DNA of 36,517 nt from Anaerolineae bacterium CG2_30_64_16 (GTDB lineage Bacteria; Chloroflexota; Anaerolineae; CG2-30-64-16): positions 794-37,310 of the forward strand of contig MNXL01000383.1 in NCBI GenBank assembly GCA_001871755.1. Reading direction: 5' to 3'. The translations under genes were made by a program, and so were the position numbers. The notes beneath the pieces were generated by a model, which did not search any database, had not been told where the DNA came from, and worked only from the letters and a program-made list of their open reading frames with translations. Positions 18,452 through 27,375 of the stretch are shown here, piece after piece. Position 1 is the stretch's first letter. Each line of letters opens with the position of its first letter.

Positions 18452-19840
18452 GTGAGGTCGTCCAGGGAAGGGGAGACAAAGCCCATCGTGTTCAACGTTA
18501 GAGACTTTGGTGCTGCGGGAGATCGGCAGCAGAACGACCGTACTGCGATTCAGACAGCCATCGACGCCTGCAGCCGGGCCGGCGGCGGGACAGTGTGCGT
18601 TCCCGCGGGCGACTATCTGTCGGGCACGCTTCGGCTGCAAAGCCATGTGACCCTACACCTGGGCGCCGGCGCGCGGCTTTGGGCCAGCACCGACCCGCAC
18701 GATTATGACAGCCAGCACGATTACGAAAGCTCGGGCGGCCTGCTGGTGGGAACGCTGATCGTCGCAGAGGATGCGGAGCACGTCGCGGTCGAGGGCGGGG
18801 GAACGATCCACGGGCAGGGGGTCGCGGACCTCGGTGCCCGCTGGGGAGTCCCTGACCGGCCCTCATTTCGGACCGGCATCTGCCTCTTCCAGGGCTGCCG
18901 CCATGTCGTGATCCGCGATATCACGATCCTCTACAGCGATGCCTGGACCGTTCACCTGCAGCGCTGTGAGACGGTGTTCGTGGACGGGGTCACCATCTTC
19001 AACAACCGCCACCGGCTGAACTCCGACGGCATCGACCCCAACTCTTGCCGCGACGTCCATATCGCCAACTGCCACATCGTCACCGGCGATGACTGCATCG
19101 TGCTGAAGGCCACGGAGCCGCACCCCTGCGAGAATATCGTTGTCACTAACTGCACGCTGGAGACCACGTGCGCGGCCGTCAAGCTCGGCACCGAGTCCTT
19201 CGGAGATTTTCGCGACATCCATATCTCCAACTGCACCATCCGCAACTCGCCGGTGGGGATAGGCCTCTACGTGAAAGATGGGGCTACCATGGAACGGGTC
19301 ACCTTTTCGAACCTCTCCATCCAGACCCCAGCCGACTGGCAGGAGCACAGCGTCGCGCCGATCTTTATGGACATCGAGAAGCGCTGCGCGGACTCGCGCA
19401 TCGGCGCGATCCGAGACGTCATCTTTCGCGACATTCACATCCATAGCGAGAGCGGCATCCTGATCCAGGGCATGCCCGAGGGGCCGATCGAGAACCTGAC
19501 GATGCAGAACATCACGTTGCGGGTCGATCGCGCGGCTGATTACGCGGCGCGCCACAAACCCAAAGGTTCCAGGCGCACCATGCCGCACGCCAGCGACACG
19601 AGCTACGCCCGGCTCCCCTCCTACGTGACGCTCGCCCATGTCCGAGGTGTGATGCTGGACAACATCCGCGTCCTGATCGCCGCACCGGCCTTCCGCGAAC
19701 ATGAACGGTCTGCAATCTACGGCTACGATCTGGAGGATGGCGTGCTGCGTAGCATCTTCCGGCAGCCGGGCGAGGCCGCAGGCCAGCAGCCTGTCATTGC
19801 GCTGCACGACTCTCGGCGGATGCTGGTCACGGAGTGCTGA
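18452..19840 (+). CDS. Glycoside hydrolase family 28 (polygalacturonase-like beta-helix), no signal peptide
   Basis: FNVRDFGAAGDRQQNDRTAIQTAIDAC...GGTVCVPAGDY; catalytic-region motifs NSDGIDP, GDDCIVLK, AVKLGTES, IRN. An alternative start is the GTG near 18487. Confidence 0.85.
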   Translation: MRSSREGETKPIVFNVRDFGAAGDRQQNDRTAIQTAIDACSRAGGGTVCVPAGDYLSGTLRLQSHVTLHLGAGARLWASTDPHDYDSQHDYESSGGLLVGTLIVAEDAEHVAVEGGGTIHGQGVADLGARWGVPDRPSFRTGICLFQGCRHVVIRDITILYSDAWTVHLQRCETVFVDGVTIFNNRHRLNSDGIDPNSCRDVHIANCHIVTGDDCIVLKATEPHPCENIVVTNCTLETTCAAVKLGTESFGDFRDIHISNCTIRNSPVGIGLYVKDGATMERVTFSNLSIQTPADWQEHSVAPIFMDIEKRCADSRIGAIRDVIFRDIHIHSESGILIQGMPEGPIENLTMQNITLRVDRAADYAARHKPKGSRRTMPHASDTSYARLPSYVTLAHVRGVMLDNIRVLIAAPAFREHERSAIYGYDLEDGVLRSIFRQPGEAAGQQPVIALHDSRRMLVTEC

Positions 19841-19971
19841 GGCATCTGCCATGTGAATCAACCACCCACCTCCCCTGCACTTCAGTAGCCTGCTGCTTGA
19901 GCGGCGGGCGGCTCACAAGTTAACGCATAGGGGCGAGGGGGTGAGAGCCTTCCATCCAGGAAAGGACACAC

Positions 19972-21117
19972 ATGAAAATCACCAAAGTCGAACCCATCCG
20001 GGTCCACAGCTATCTACTCGTCCAGGTCCACACCGATAAAGGGGTCACCGGCCTGGGCGAATCCGGGACATGGAGCCATCTGGAAGCTTCCGAGGCCGCA
20101 CTCGCCAAGTTCGGTGAATACCTGACGGGCCAGGACCCGTTTCGGATCGAGCATCACTGGAATGTGATGTACCGGTCGGGCTGTTTCCGTGGCTCGGCCA
20201 TCATGGGCGCCATCTCGGCCCTGGATATCGCACTGTGGGACATCAAGGGCAAGGCCCTGGGTGTGCCCATCTACGAGCTGTTGGGCGGCCAGACGCGCCA
20301 GAAGGTGCGCGTCTACGTGCATGTCAAAGCGCCGACACTGGAAGAACAGGTTCAGAAGTGTCGCGAGGCACTGCAGCAGGGCTACACGGCCGTCGGCCAC
20401 CTGAACCCCTTCCTGGACGAGGAGCGCAGCGCGCCCTACTTCAAGACCCACGCCGCCAAGATCGGCGGCGCGGTCGAGGCCGTGCGCCAGTATCGGGCAG
20501 CCGTCGGCGACGAGGTAGACCTGTGCCTGGAGATCCATCGCCGCCTGGAGCTGGCTGAGGCCATCGCCCTCGGCCGGGAGATCGAGCCGTATCGTCCCTT
20601 TTTCTACGAGGACCCGATCCGGCCCGAGAGCATCGATGCGATGGCCGAGGTAGCACAGAAGGTCGGCGTCCCCATCGCGACCGGCGAACGGTTCTTTTCT
20701 CTGCACGAATTTCAGTTACTGCTGGCGCGCAACGCGGCCCAATACCTGCGGCCCAGCCCGTGTGTTGTCGGCGGCATCTCCGGGACCAAGAAGGTCGCAG
20801 CGCTGGCCGAAGCTTATCAGAAGAGCATCGTGCCCCACAATCCTGGCATCCTCTCTCCGGTCGCCACCGCGGCCTGTCTACACATAGGGGCTTCGATCCC
20901 CAACCTGGCGATTCAGGAGTACTCGGGCGGGGAGGATCGTCCGCCGGCCAGCGAGATCGTGCGCTCGCAGGCCCGGATCGAACAGGGCTTCATGCTCGTC
21001 CCAGAAGGACCAGGGCTGGGTGTCGAGCTGGCGCCCGGTTGCCAGGAGAAACATCCACCGCGCAAGCGCGAGATCGGCGCCCGGCTGCACGAGGATGGCT
21101 CGGTCATGGATCAATAA
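19972..21117 (+). CDS. Enolase-superfamily dehydratase, D-galactonate-dehydratase-like
   Basis: MKITKVEPIRV...TGLGESGTW...YLTGQDPFRIEHHWNVMYRSGCFRGSAIMGAISALDIALWDIKGKALGVPIYELLGG closely follows the DgoD-type N-terminal pattern. Confidence 0.88.
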   Translation: MKITKVEPIRVHSYLLVQVHTDKGVTGLGESGTWSHLEASEAALAKFGEYLTGQDPFRIEHHWNVMYRSGCFRGSAIMGAISALDIALWDIKGKALGVPIYELLGGQTRQKVRVYVHVKAPTLEEQVQKCREALQQGYTAVGHLNPFLDEERSAPYFKTHAAKIGGAVEAVRQYRAAVGDEVDLCLEIHRRLELAEAIALGREIEPYRPFFYEDPIRPESIDAMAEVAQKVGVPIATGERFFSLHEFQLLLARNAAQYLRPSPCVVGGISGTKKVAALAEAYQKSIVPHNPGILSPVATAACLHIGASIPNLAIQEYSGGEDRPPASEIVRSQARIEQGFMLVPEGPGLGVELAPGCQEKHPPRKREIGARLHEDGSVMDQ

Positions 21118-21149
21118 GGAAGGAGAGGCAAGGCCCCCTCTTGATCTAT

Positions 21150-21362
21150 CACACGCATAGAGGTGGCGTCGATGTCAATCTGGAGGCTGCCCCCTGCAAT
21201 CTCATCGAACCTGGGGACGGAGTGGTCGTCCGCGCTAACGGCTTGTTTGCAGAGCGCATGTGTGATATTATGGCGTGCTGCCAGGGAGAACCGTCCTATG
21301 TCTGGGCTAAGCGGGGCCGCATCATCGAGCCTGAGCAGGACGTGTGGCGAGCAGAGGAGTAC
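21150..21362 (+). pseudogene. Remnant (~70 codons) of a class-V aminotransferase-like gene
   Basis: The frame of ORF 20760-21443 reads GGVDVNLEAAPCNLIEPGDGVVVRANGLFAERMCDIMACCQGEPSYVWAKRGRIIEPEQD. This resembles the (A)MEAA..NL.EPGD.V.V..NG.FG.R segment of serine-pyruvate/AGXT-type aminotransferases. No start and no remainder of the fold. Confidence 0.4.
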
Positions 21363-21439
21363 CGGGCCAGCCCTGGAGTGTCTTTGACCGCTGCGAGGAA
21401 GCATATGGGTAAGCTAATCCTGATCAAAGGAGAACATCT

Positions 21440-22495
21440 ATGAGAAGCTACAGAATCGCTGTCTTTGCGGGGGATGGCGTCGGGCCCGAGGTCATCGGTC
21501 AGGCGCTGCGCGTGCTGGAGGCTGTGCAAAGGCAGGGGGGCGGGTTTGCGCTGAAGCTGACCCACCTGCCGTGGGGTGCAGAGCATTATGTCGAGACCGG
21601 TCGTCTGGTTCCGCCGGACTTCCTGGATGTGCTGCGCCAGCATGACGCCATCCTGTTCGGAGCCGTGGGCGACCCCGCTCGGATGCCGGATCACCTGACC
21701 CTTGAACCATTGATCCGCATCCGCCAGACGTTCGATCAGTATGCCTGCGTGCGGCCCACCCGTTTGTACCCTGGCGTGCGCTGTCCCCTGGCGGACAAGA
21801 CCCCCTCGGACATCGATCTGATCGTGCTTCGAGAGAACTCAGAGGGCGAATATGTGAACAGCGGCGGACGGTTCAAACAGGGCAAGCCGGAAGAGGTGGC
21901 GCTCCAAACCGCGATCCACACGCGACGTGGCATCGAGCGCATCCTGCGTTTCGGGTTCGATCTGGCCCTTTCGCGACGCCGGCGGCTGACCATGACCACC
22001 AAGTCGAACGCCCAGCGGTACGGCTTTGTGCTCTGGGATGAGGTCCTGGAGGAGATGCGCCCATCGTTTCCCACAGTCCAGGCGGACAAACAACACGTGG
22101 ATGCGCTGGCCATGAACATGGTGCGCAGCCCCGAGCGATTCGACGTGATCGTGGGCTCGAATCTCTTCGGTGACATCCTGTCCGAAATCGGCGGCGCGAT
22201 CGGCGGCGGGCTGGGCCTGGCCGCCAGCGCCAACATCAATCCGGAGCGCGAGTACCCGTCCATGTTCGAGCCGGTGCACGGCTCCGCGCCCGACATCGCG
22301 GGTCAAGGGATAGCCAACCCGGTGGGGGCTATCCTGAGCGCGGCCATGATGCTCGATTGGTTGGAGTTGCCCGAAGCGGCGGCCGTCGTCAGACAGGCCG
22401 TCGAACGGGCCCTGGCTCAGAGGGTGGGCACGCCGGACATGGGGGGTCAGTTGCGCACTGAACAGATGACCGATCTGATCATCGAAAACCTGTGA
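21440..22495 (+). CDS. Tartrate dehydrogenase/decarboxylase-like member of the isocitrate/isopropylmalate dehydrogenase family
   Basis: MRSYRIAVFAGDGVGPEV...HDAILFGAVGDP..PDH...LIRIRQTFDQYACVRP...LVREN(S)EGEY...GSAPDIAGQGIANP. AAAGGAG Shine-Dalgarno. Confidence 0.88.
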   Translation: MRSYRIAVFAGDGVGPEVIGQALRVLEAVQRQGGGFALKLTHLPWGAEHYVETGRLVPPDFLDVLRQHDAILFGAVGDPARMPDHLTLEPLIRIRQTFDQYACVRPTRLYPGVRCPLADKTPSDIDLIVLRENSEGEYVNSGGRFKQGKPEEVALQTAIHTRRGIERILRFGFDLALSRRRRLTMTTKSNAQRYGFVLWDEVLEEMRPSFPTVQADKQHVDALAMNMVRSPERFDVIVGSNLFGDILSEIGGAIGGGLGLAASANINPEREYPSMFEPVHGSAPDIAGQGIANPVGAILSAAMMLDWLELPEAAAVVRQAVERALAQRVGTPDMGGQLRTEQMTDLIIENL

Positions 22496-22614
22496 CAAGC
22501 GCGCGCCTCCTTCGACAGGCCCTTCGTCAAGCTCAGGACATCGCTCAGAAAGCGCCGAAGCCAAAGCAAGACCTTATTTCCGAATGACTCCTCGACTTGA
22601 AGGAAAGGAAGCCG

Positions 22615-24393
22615 GTGTCAGTCGAAGTCGTCTTGTCCTCGCATAAACGGGACGCTGGCCGCATTCTGTTGCGTTGCCTCAGCTACCTGGGCCCATACTG
22701 GCGGCTGACGGCCGGCGCCTACCTGGCATTGCTGGGCGGCAACGCGCTGGCGCTGGCCATCCCCCAATTCATTCGCTGGATCGTAGATCGGGGAATCGGC
22801 GGTCAGGATGTCCGCCTGTTGGGGCTTTCGGTTCTGGGTCTCCTGGGGCTGACGTTGCTCAAAGGGGGGCTGACCTTCGTGCAGGGACAGTGGACGGAGG
22901 TCGCCTCCCAGAGCGTTGCGTACGACCTGCGCAACGCCATCCACCGCAAGCTCTCCGATCTCTCCTTCTCCTATCACGATCGTACCGAGACCGGCCAGAT
23001 CCTCTCCCGGGCAGTACAGGATGTGGATCGGGTCCGTTTCGTGACCGGTCGCGCGTTCCTGCGGCTGATCGATGCCACGATCCTCTTGCTGGGGACCGCG
23101 GCGATGATGGCACAGATGAACCTCCCTCTGGCCCTCCTGGCCCTCGCCGCCATGCCATTGCTCAGCTACCGCGCTTTTCAACTGGGTCGCGTCCTGCGGC
23201 CGCTCTCCCTGGAGATTCAGCAACAACTGGCCGTGCTGACCACGCGGCTGGAGCAAAACTTGCGCGGCGCGCGCGTGGTCAAGGCCTTTGCCCAGGAGGA
23301 GAACGAGATCGCCCGGTTTGATCGCGAAAACGCGCGCTGGTTCGATCTGTCGGCCCGGTCGGCTCGCCTCAGCGCCGTCAACGTTCCGCTGCTCGAATTG
23401 ATCGCCAGTGCGAGCGTGGTTCTGATCATCTGGTACGGGGGTCTCCTGGTCACTCAAGGCCGGCTCACCCTGGGAGAACTGGTGGCGTTCTCCACCTACC
23501 TGGCGCAACTGGTGCAGCCGGTTCGCCGGCTGGGGATGATCATCCCCGCGCTTTCCATTGCCGCGGCCGCGGGGGAGCGCGTTTTCGAGATCCTGGATGC
23601 CGTTTCGGAGGTGCAGGAGACGGCCGACGCGGCGCCGCTGCCGCCCGTGCGCGGCCACGTGCGCTTCGAACACGTCTCCTTCGCCTATTTCGGTCGCCAT
23701 CGCGTGCTCACAGACGTCACGTTCGAGGCGGTGCCTGGTCAGGTGATCGCCTTGCTGGGAGCCACCGGTTCCGGCAAGTCGACCATCATCAACCTCATCC
23801 CGCGTTTCTACGACCCCACCGCGGGGCGCATCACCATCGACGGCTATGACATCCACCGCGTGACCTTGAACTCCTTGCGAGACCAGATCGCCAACGTGCT
23901 GCAGGAGACAACGCTTTTCGCCGCATCCGTTCGAGAGAACATCGCGTTCGGTCGCCCCGACGCCAGCGAGGAGGAGATCATCGCGGCAGCTCGGGCGGCC
24001 CAGGCGCACTCGTTCATCTGCGAGATGCCGAATGGGTATGACACGCGGGTCGGCGAACGCGGTCTCACCCTCTCCGGCGGGCAGCGCCAGCGCATCGCCA
24101 TCGCCCGCGCCCTGCTCAAGGACCCTCGCATCCTCATCCTGGATGACGCGACCTCCAGCGTGGACACCGAGACCGAGCAGTTGATCCAGACCGCCCTCCA
24201 GCGACTGATGCGGGGGCGCACGTCGTTCGTCATCGCGCAACGTCTGAGCACGCTGCGCAAGGCCGACCTGATCATCATCCTGGAAAACGGTCGCATCGCG
24301 GCTCGCGGGACGCACGCGGAACTGCTGCGCACCTCGGGCCTGTACGCGGAGATCTATCACTATCAACTGCGGCCCCAAGGACAGACGCCATGA
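22615..24393 (+). CDS. ABC exporter half-transporter (TMD-NBD fusion), subunit 1
   Basis: Six-helix TMD followed by Walker A GATGSGKST, signature LSGGQRQR and Walker B ILILDDATSSVD. The GTG at 22615 is preferred (purine-rich SD upstream). The ORF track starts at the TTG at 22597. Confidence 0.88.
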   Translation: MSVEVVLSSHKRDAGRILLRCLSYLGPYWRLTAGAYLALLGGNALALAIPQFIRWIVDRGIGGQDVRLLGLSVLGLLGLTLLKGGLTFVQGQWTEVASQSVAYDLRNAIHRKLSDLSFSYHDRTETGQILSRAVQDVDRVRFVTGRAFLRLIDATILLLGTAAMMAQMNLPLALLALAAMPLLSYRAFQLGRVLRPLSLEIQQQLAVLTTRLEQNLRGARVVKAFAQEENEIARFDRENARWFDLSARSARLSAVNVPLLELIASASVVLIIWYGGLLVTQGRLTLGELVAFSTYLAQLVQPVRRLGMIIPALSIAAAAGERVFEILDAVSEVQETADAAPLPPVRGHVRFEHVSFAYFGRHRVLTDVTFEAVPGQVIALLGATGSGKSTIINLIPRFYDPTAGRITIDGYDIHRVTLNSLRDQIANVLQETTLFAASVRENIAFGRPDASEEEIIAAARAAQAHSFICEMPNGYDTRVGERGLTLSGGQRQRIAIARALLKDPRILILDDATSSVDTETEQLIQTALQRLMRGRTSFVIAQRLSTLRKADLIIILENGRIAARGTHAELLRTSGLYAEIYHYQLRPQGQTP

Positions 24394-26216
24394 GCTTCTC
24401 TATCGGCGCCAGCGGTACCGGCATCGGCCCGCGTCGGGTGATGGAGGGCTTTGGCGAGCGGGTCGACGGGAAGGCCTTTGATTGGCGCGTCGTCACCCGT
24501 TTGCTGGCCTATCTGCGCCCCCACTGGCAGCGCATGGCCGCCGCGTTTCTGCTGATGCTGATCGCGTCGGCGTTGACGCTGGTCGCCCCCTATCTGATCA
24601 AAGTGGCGATCGACCAGTCCATCGCCGAGGGAGACACCGCCGGTCTGGCTCGCATCGCCCTGGGTCTGGCGGCCGTCTTCATCGGCGCCTATCTGACCAC
24701 CGCGGGCCAACAGTATCTGCTGTCGTGGGTAGGGCAACGGGTGCTGGCCACGTTGCGCACACGGCTCTTCCGCCATCTTCAGGCGCTTCCCCTGGGCTAT
24801 CACGATACCCACATCGTCGGGGTGACCATCTCGCGCGTCATCAACGACGTGGCCGTCATCAACGAACTGCTGTCGGAGGGGTTGATCACCCTGGTCGGCG
24901 ATGTGCTGGTGTTGGCAGGTGTCATCTCCGTGATGCTTTCGATGAGTCTGCGGCTGGCGCTTCTCACCTTCTGCGTCTTTCCGGTAGTGCTGCTGGCGAC
25001 CTATCTTTTTGCCCGCCGGGCTCAGGTCGCGTTCCGCCACACTCGGGCCCGGATCGCGGCCGTCGTCGGCGACCTGGCCGAGGACATTTCCGGGATGCGC
25101 GTGATCCAGGCCTTTGCGCAAGAGGATGTGACGCACGAGCGATTCGACGAGGTGAACCAGGCCAATCGGGATGCCTACATCAAGGCCATGTCCCTTTCGT
25201 TCGTCTTCCTGCCCTCCATCGAGTTTCTCGGGATGCTGGCCACAGGGATCGTGCTGTGGTTTGGCGGGCTTGCGGTCGCGCGCGGGGAACTGACCCTGGG
25301 GGTGATGGTGGCGTTCCTGGCTTATGTGTCCCGCTTCTTCCAGCCGATTCAAGAGTTGAGCCAGCTCTACACCACCATGCAGGCCGCGATGGCGGGCGGC
25401 GAACGGGTCTTGGACCTGCTCGACACCCGGCCGGAGATCGCGGATCGGCCCGCCGCGGTCGAGATGCCGACCATCGCTGGCCTGGTAGAGCTACGCCACG
25501 TCTCCTTCTCATACCGCGGTGACACGCGCGTGCTCCACGACGTGAACCTGGTCATCGAACCGGGGCAGACGGTGGCGCTGGTGGGGCCGACCGGGGCCGG
25601 CAAGACGTCCATCGCCAATCTGGTGGCCCGCTTCTATGATGTCACAGAGGGTGCGGTGCTGATCGACGGGTTGGACGTCCGGCAGGTCACTCAGCATTCC
25701 CTGCGCCGGCAGATGGGGCTGGTGCCGCAGGAGCCTTTCCTCTTCTCCGGCGCCATCGCCGACAACATCCGCTTTGGGCGGCCGCGAGCGGCCGCCCGCG
25801 CAATGGAGGAGGCCGCCCGCCTGGCCAATGCCCACGCGTTCATCACCGCGCTGCCGGACGGCTACGCCACGGAGATTCTGGAAGGGGGCGTCAACCTGTC
25901 AGTGGGTCAACGTCAGCTCATCTGCATCGCCCGCGCGGTACTGGCCGACCCGCGCATCCTGATCCTGGACGAGGCCACCTCGAGCGTGGACACCGTAACC
26001 GAGGTGCTGATCCAGGACGCGCTGCAGCGGTTGCTGGCTGGGCGCACCGCTATGGTCATCGCCCATCGGCTGAGCACCGTCCGCCATGCGGACCTGATCT
26101 GCGTCGTGGACGGTGGCCGCATCGTTGAGCGCGGGCGCCACGAGGAGCTGCTGGCGCGGGGCGGGCTCTATCACGCTCTCTACGAGCGACAATTCGTGGA
26201 TCTCGTGACGACGTAG
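24390..26216 (+). CDS. ABC exporter half-transporter (TMD-NBD fusion), subunit 2
   Basis: ATGA overlap with subunit 1. Walker A GPTGAGKTS, signature LSVGQRQL, Walker B ILILDEATSSVD. A paralogous pair suggests a heterodimeric exporter. Confidence 0.9.
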   Translation: MSFSIGASGTGIGPRRVMEGFGERVDGKAFDWRVVTRLLAYLRPHWQRMAAAFLLMLIASALTLVAPYLIKVAIDQSIAEGDTAGLARIALGLAAVFIGAYLTTAGQQYLLSWVGQRVLATLRTRLFRHLQALPLGYHDTHIVGVTISRVINDVAVINELLSEGLITLVGDVLVLAGVISVMLSMSLRLALLTFCVFPVVLLATYLFARRAQVAFRHTRARIAAVVGDLAEDISGMRVIQAFAQEDVTHERFDEVNQANRDAYIKAMSLSFVFLPSIEFLGMLATGIVLWFGGLAVARGELTLGVMVAFLAYVSRFFQPIQELSQLYTTMQAAMAGGERVLDLLDTRPEIADRPAAVEMPTIAGLVELRHVSFSYRGDTRVLHDVNLVIEPGQTVALVGPTGAGKTSIANLVARFYDVTEGAVLIDGLDVRQVTQHSLRRQMGLVPQEPFLFSGAIADNIRFGRPRAAARAMEEAARLANAHAFITALPDGYATEILEGGVNLSVGQRQLICIARAVLADPRILILDEATSSVDTVTEVLIQDALQRLLAGRTAMVIAHRLSTVRHADLICVVDGGRIVERGRHEELLARGGLYHALYERQFVDLVTT

Positions 26217-26385
26217 GGTATTCTCTCAATTTTCCGGAATACGCTATGGCCAACCTGTGAGTGAGCCACGGTGGCCCGGTCGCAGACCGCATCGTGAGCG
26301 GCTCGGACGAGCCTGTCGAACGGCGGCCACCGCCCCCAGATTATTGAGAGAATGCGATGTAGACGCCAGAGGAGCGATCGGCTTA

Positions 26386-26418
26386 CGTGCAACGCACTTC
26401 GAGAGTGCGTTGCACGTG
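26386..26418. terminator. Perfect palindrome between convergent genes (terminator-like, no T-tract)
   Basis: ACGTGCAACGCACT (26386-26399), loop TCGAG, AGTGCGTTGCACGT (26405-26418), 8 nt beyond the CARDB ORF stop. The arm ends resemble the GTGCCAGGCAC family. Confidence 0.55.
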
Positions 26419-26425
26419 CTATCCG

Positions 26426-27307
26426 TTATCGTAGCAGCAGCGGCAGGTATCTGCGCGGCGGGAACTCCACCAGCAGCGCCAGGTTGTTGCTTTCGTTCGT
26501 TTCGGGGATGGCCCACTCCGGGTCGGCCATCGCGTAGACGTCTTCCCAGCCGGGCACGGAGATACCAGTGGTCAGCACGACTTCTTCGCCGGCCGCGAGC
26601 TTGGGTATCACCGTCTCGTAGAGCACCGCGGCCCCCGCGCCGGGCCGCGCGGCCGGCGCCACCCGCACCCGCACATCTCGTGCGTCGGCCACCCCCCGGT
26701 TGTCCAACACCAGCGTGATCGGCAACGGATCAGGCGGCCGGCCGCCGAGTCCCACCTCGACGTACGACCCGCCCAGCGCCAGATCGGGCAGCACATCTGC
26801 CGCGGCCAGGTCCGCGTTGTTGGTCTCGTCCATCTCCAGGATGGCGTTCGCCGGATCGACCACCGCGTAGACCACGTGCTCGCCCGCGTCCGCCGGCGAG
26901 ACGCGCCACGTCAGGCCGACCTCCTGGCTGCCACCGGCCGCGATGCTGCCCACTGCGGTTTCTGCCAGCAGTGTGCCGGTGACCGCATCCCGGCGCCAGG
27001 CCACGACCACGTCCGTGGCCGGCGCCACGCCGCGGTTGGAGAGCGTCGTGCTGATCTGGATCGTGTCGGGCGCCGCGTAGTCGGCGTACATGCTGCTCAC
27101 CAGCAAATCGGGAAAGACGGCCCTGACGTGCGCCAGGTTGTTGGTCTCATCGCTTTCGAGTACCTCCGCGTACGGATCGACCAGCACCCAGATATCGCGG
27201 CCGGTGGCGGTGATGGGTACCGTCCATGCCACCGCTACCGTGTCCGTCATCCCCGCGCGCAGGGGTGAGACCAGCGGTTGCGCCTCCCCGATTTGGGTGG
27301 CGTCCAC
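26426..27307 (-). CDS. CARDB-repeat protein fragment (5'-truncated, likely gene remnant)
   Basis: Three CARDB-like units (PDL.V....NRGVA.A.DV.V...G...VYAVVDP...ILE.DETNN). The ORF opens mid-domain, with no signal peptide and no SD. The frame is closed by a TGA at 27341-27343, at the edge of a palindromic element. Confidence 0.65.
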   Translation of the reverse strand: MDATQIGEAQPLVSPLRAGMTDTVAVAWTVPITATGRDIWVLVDPYAEVLESDETNNLAHVRAVFPDLLVSSMYADYAAPDTIQISTTLSNRGVAPATDVVVAWRRDAVTGTLLAETAVGSIAAGGSQEVGLTWRVSPADAGEHVVYAVVDPANAILEMDETNNADLAAADVLPDLALGGSYVEVGLGGRPPDPLPITLVLDNRGVADARDVRVRVAPAARPGAGAAVLYETVIPKLAAGEEVVLTTGISVPGWEDVYAMADPEWAIPETNESNNLALLVEFPPRRYLPLLLR

Positions 27308-27342
27308 GCCCAGAATGCGATGCCGATAAAGCCCGCCGAATC

Positions 27343-27375
27343 AGACCTTCGAGGTTTCAGAGACCTCGAAGGTCT
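27343..27375. repeat. Perfect 13-bp-arm palindrome abutting the truncated CARDB frame
   Basis: AGACCTTCGAGGT (27343-27355), loop TTCAGAG, ACCTCGAAGGTCT (27363-27375). A second imperfect G/C-rich palindrome follows at 27401-27437. Confidence 0.65.

Noticed and set aside
17198-18646. 482-aa minus-strand ORF
   Set aside because: Antisense to the MR/MLE enolase-superfamily gene, which has clear catalytic motifs.
20760-21443. 227-aa plus-strand ORF treated as a gene
   Set aside because: Its first 120 codons overlap the DgoD-like gene out of frame. Only the 21150-21362 part resembles anything (an aminotransferase fragment), so it is reported as a remnant rather than a CDS.
22618-25352. Minus-strand ORFs 22618-24378 (586 aa) and 24363-25352 (329 aa)
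   Set aside because: Antisense to the two ABC exporter genes, which have complete Walker A, signature and Walker B motifs.
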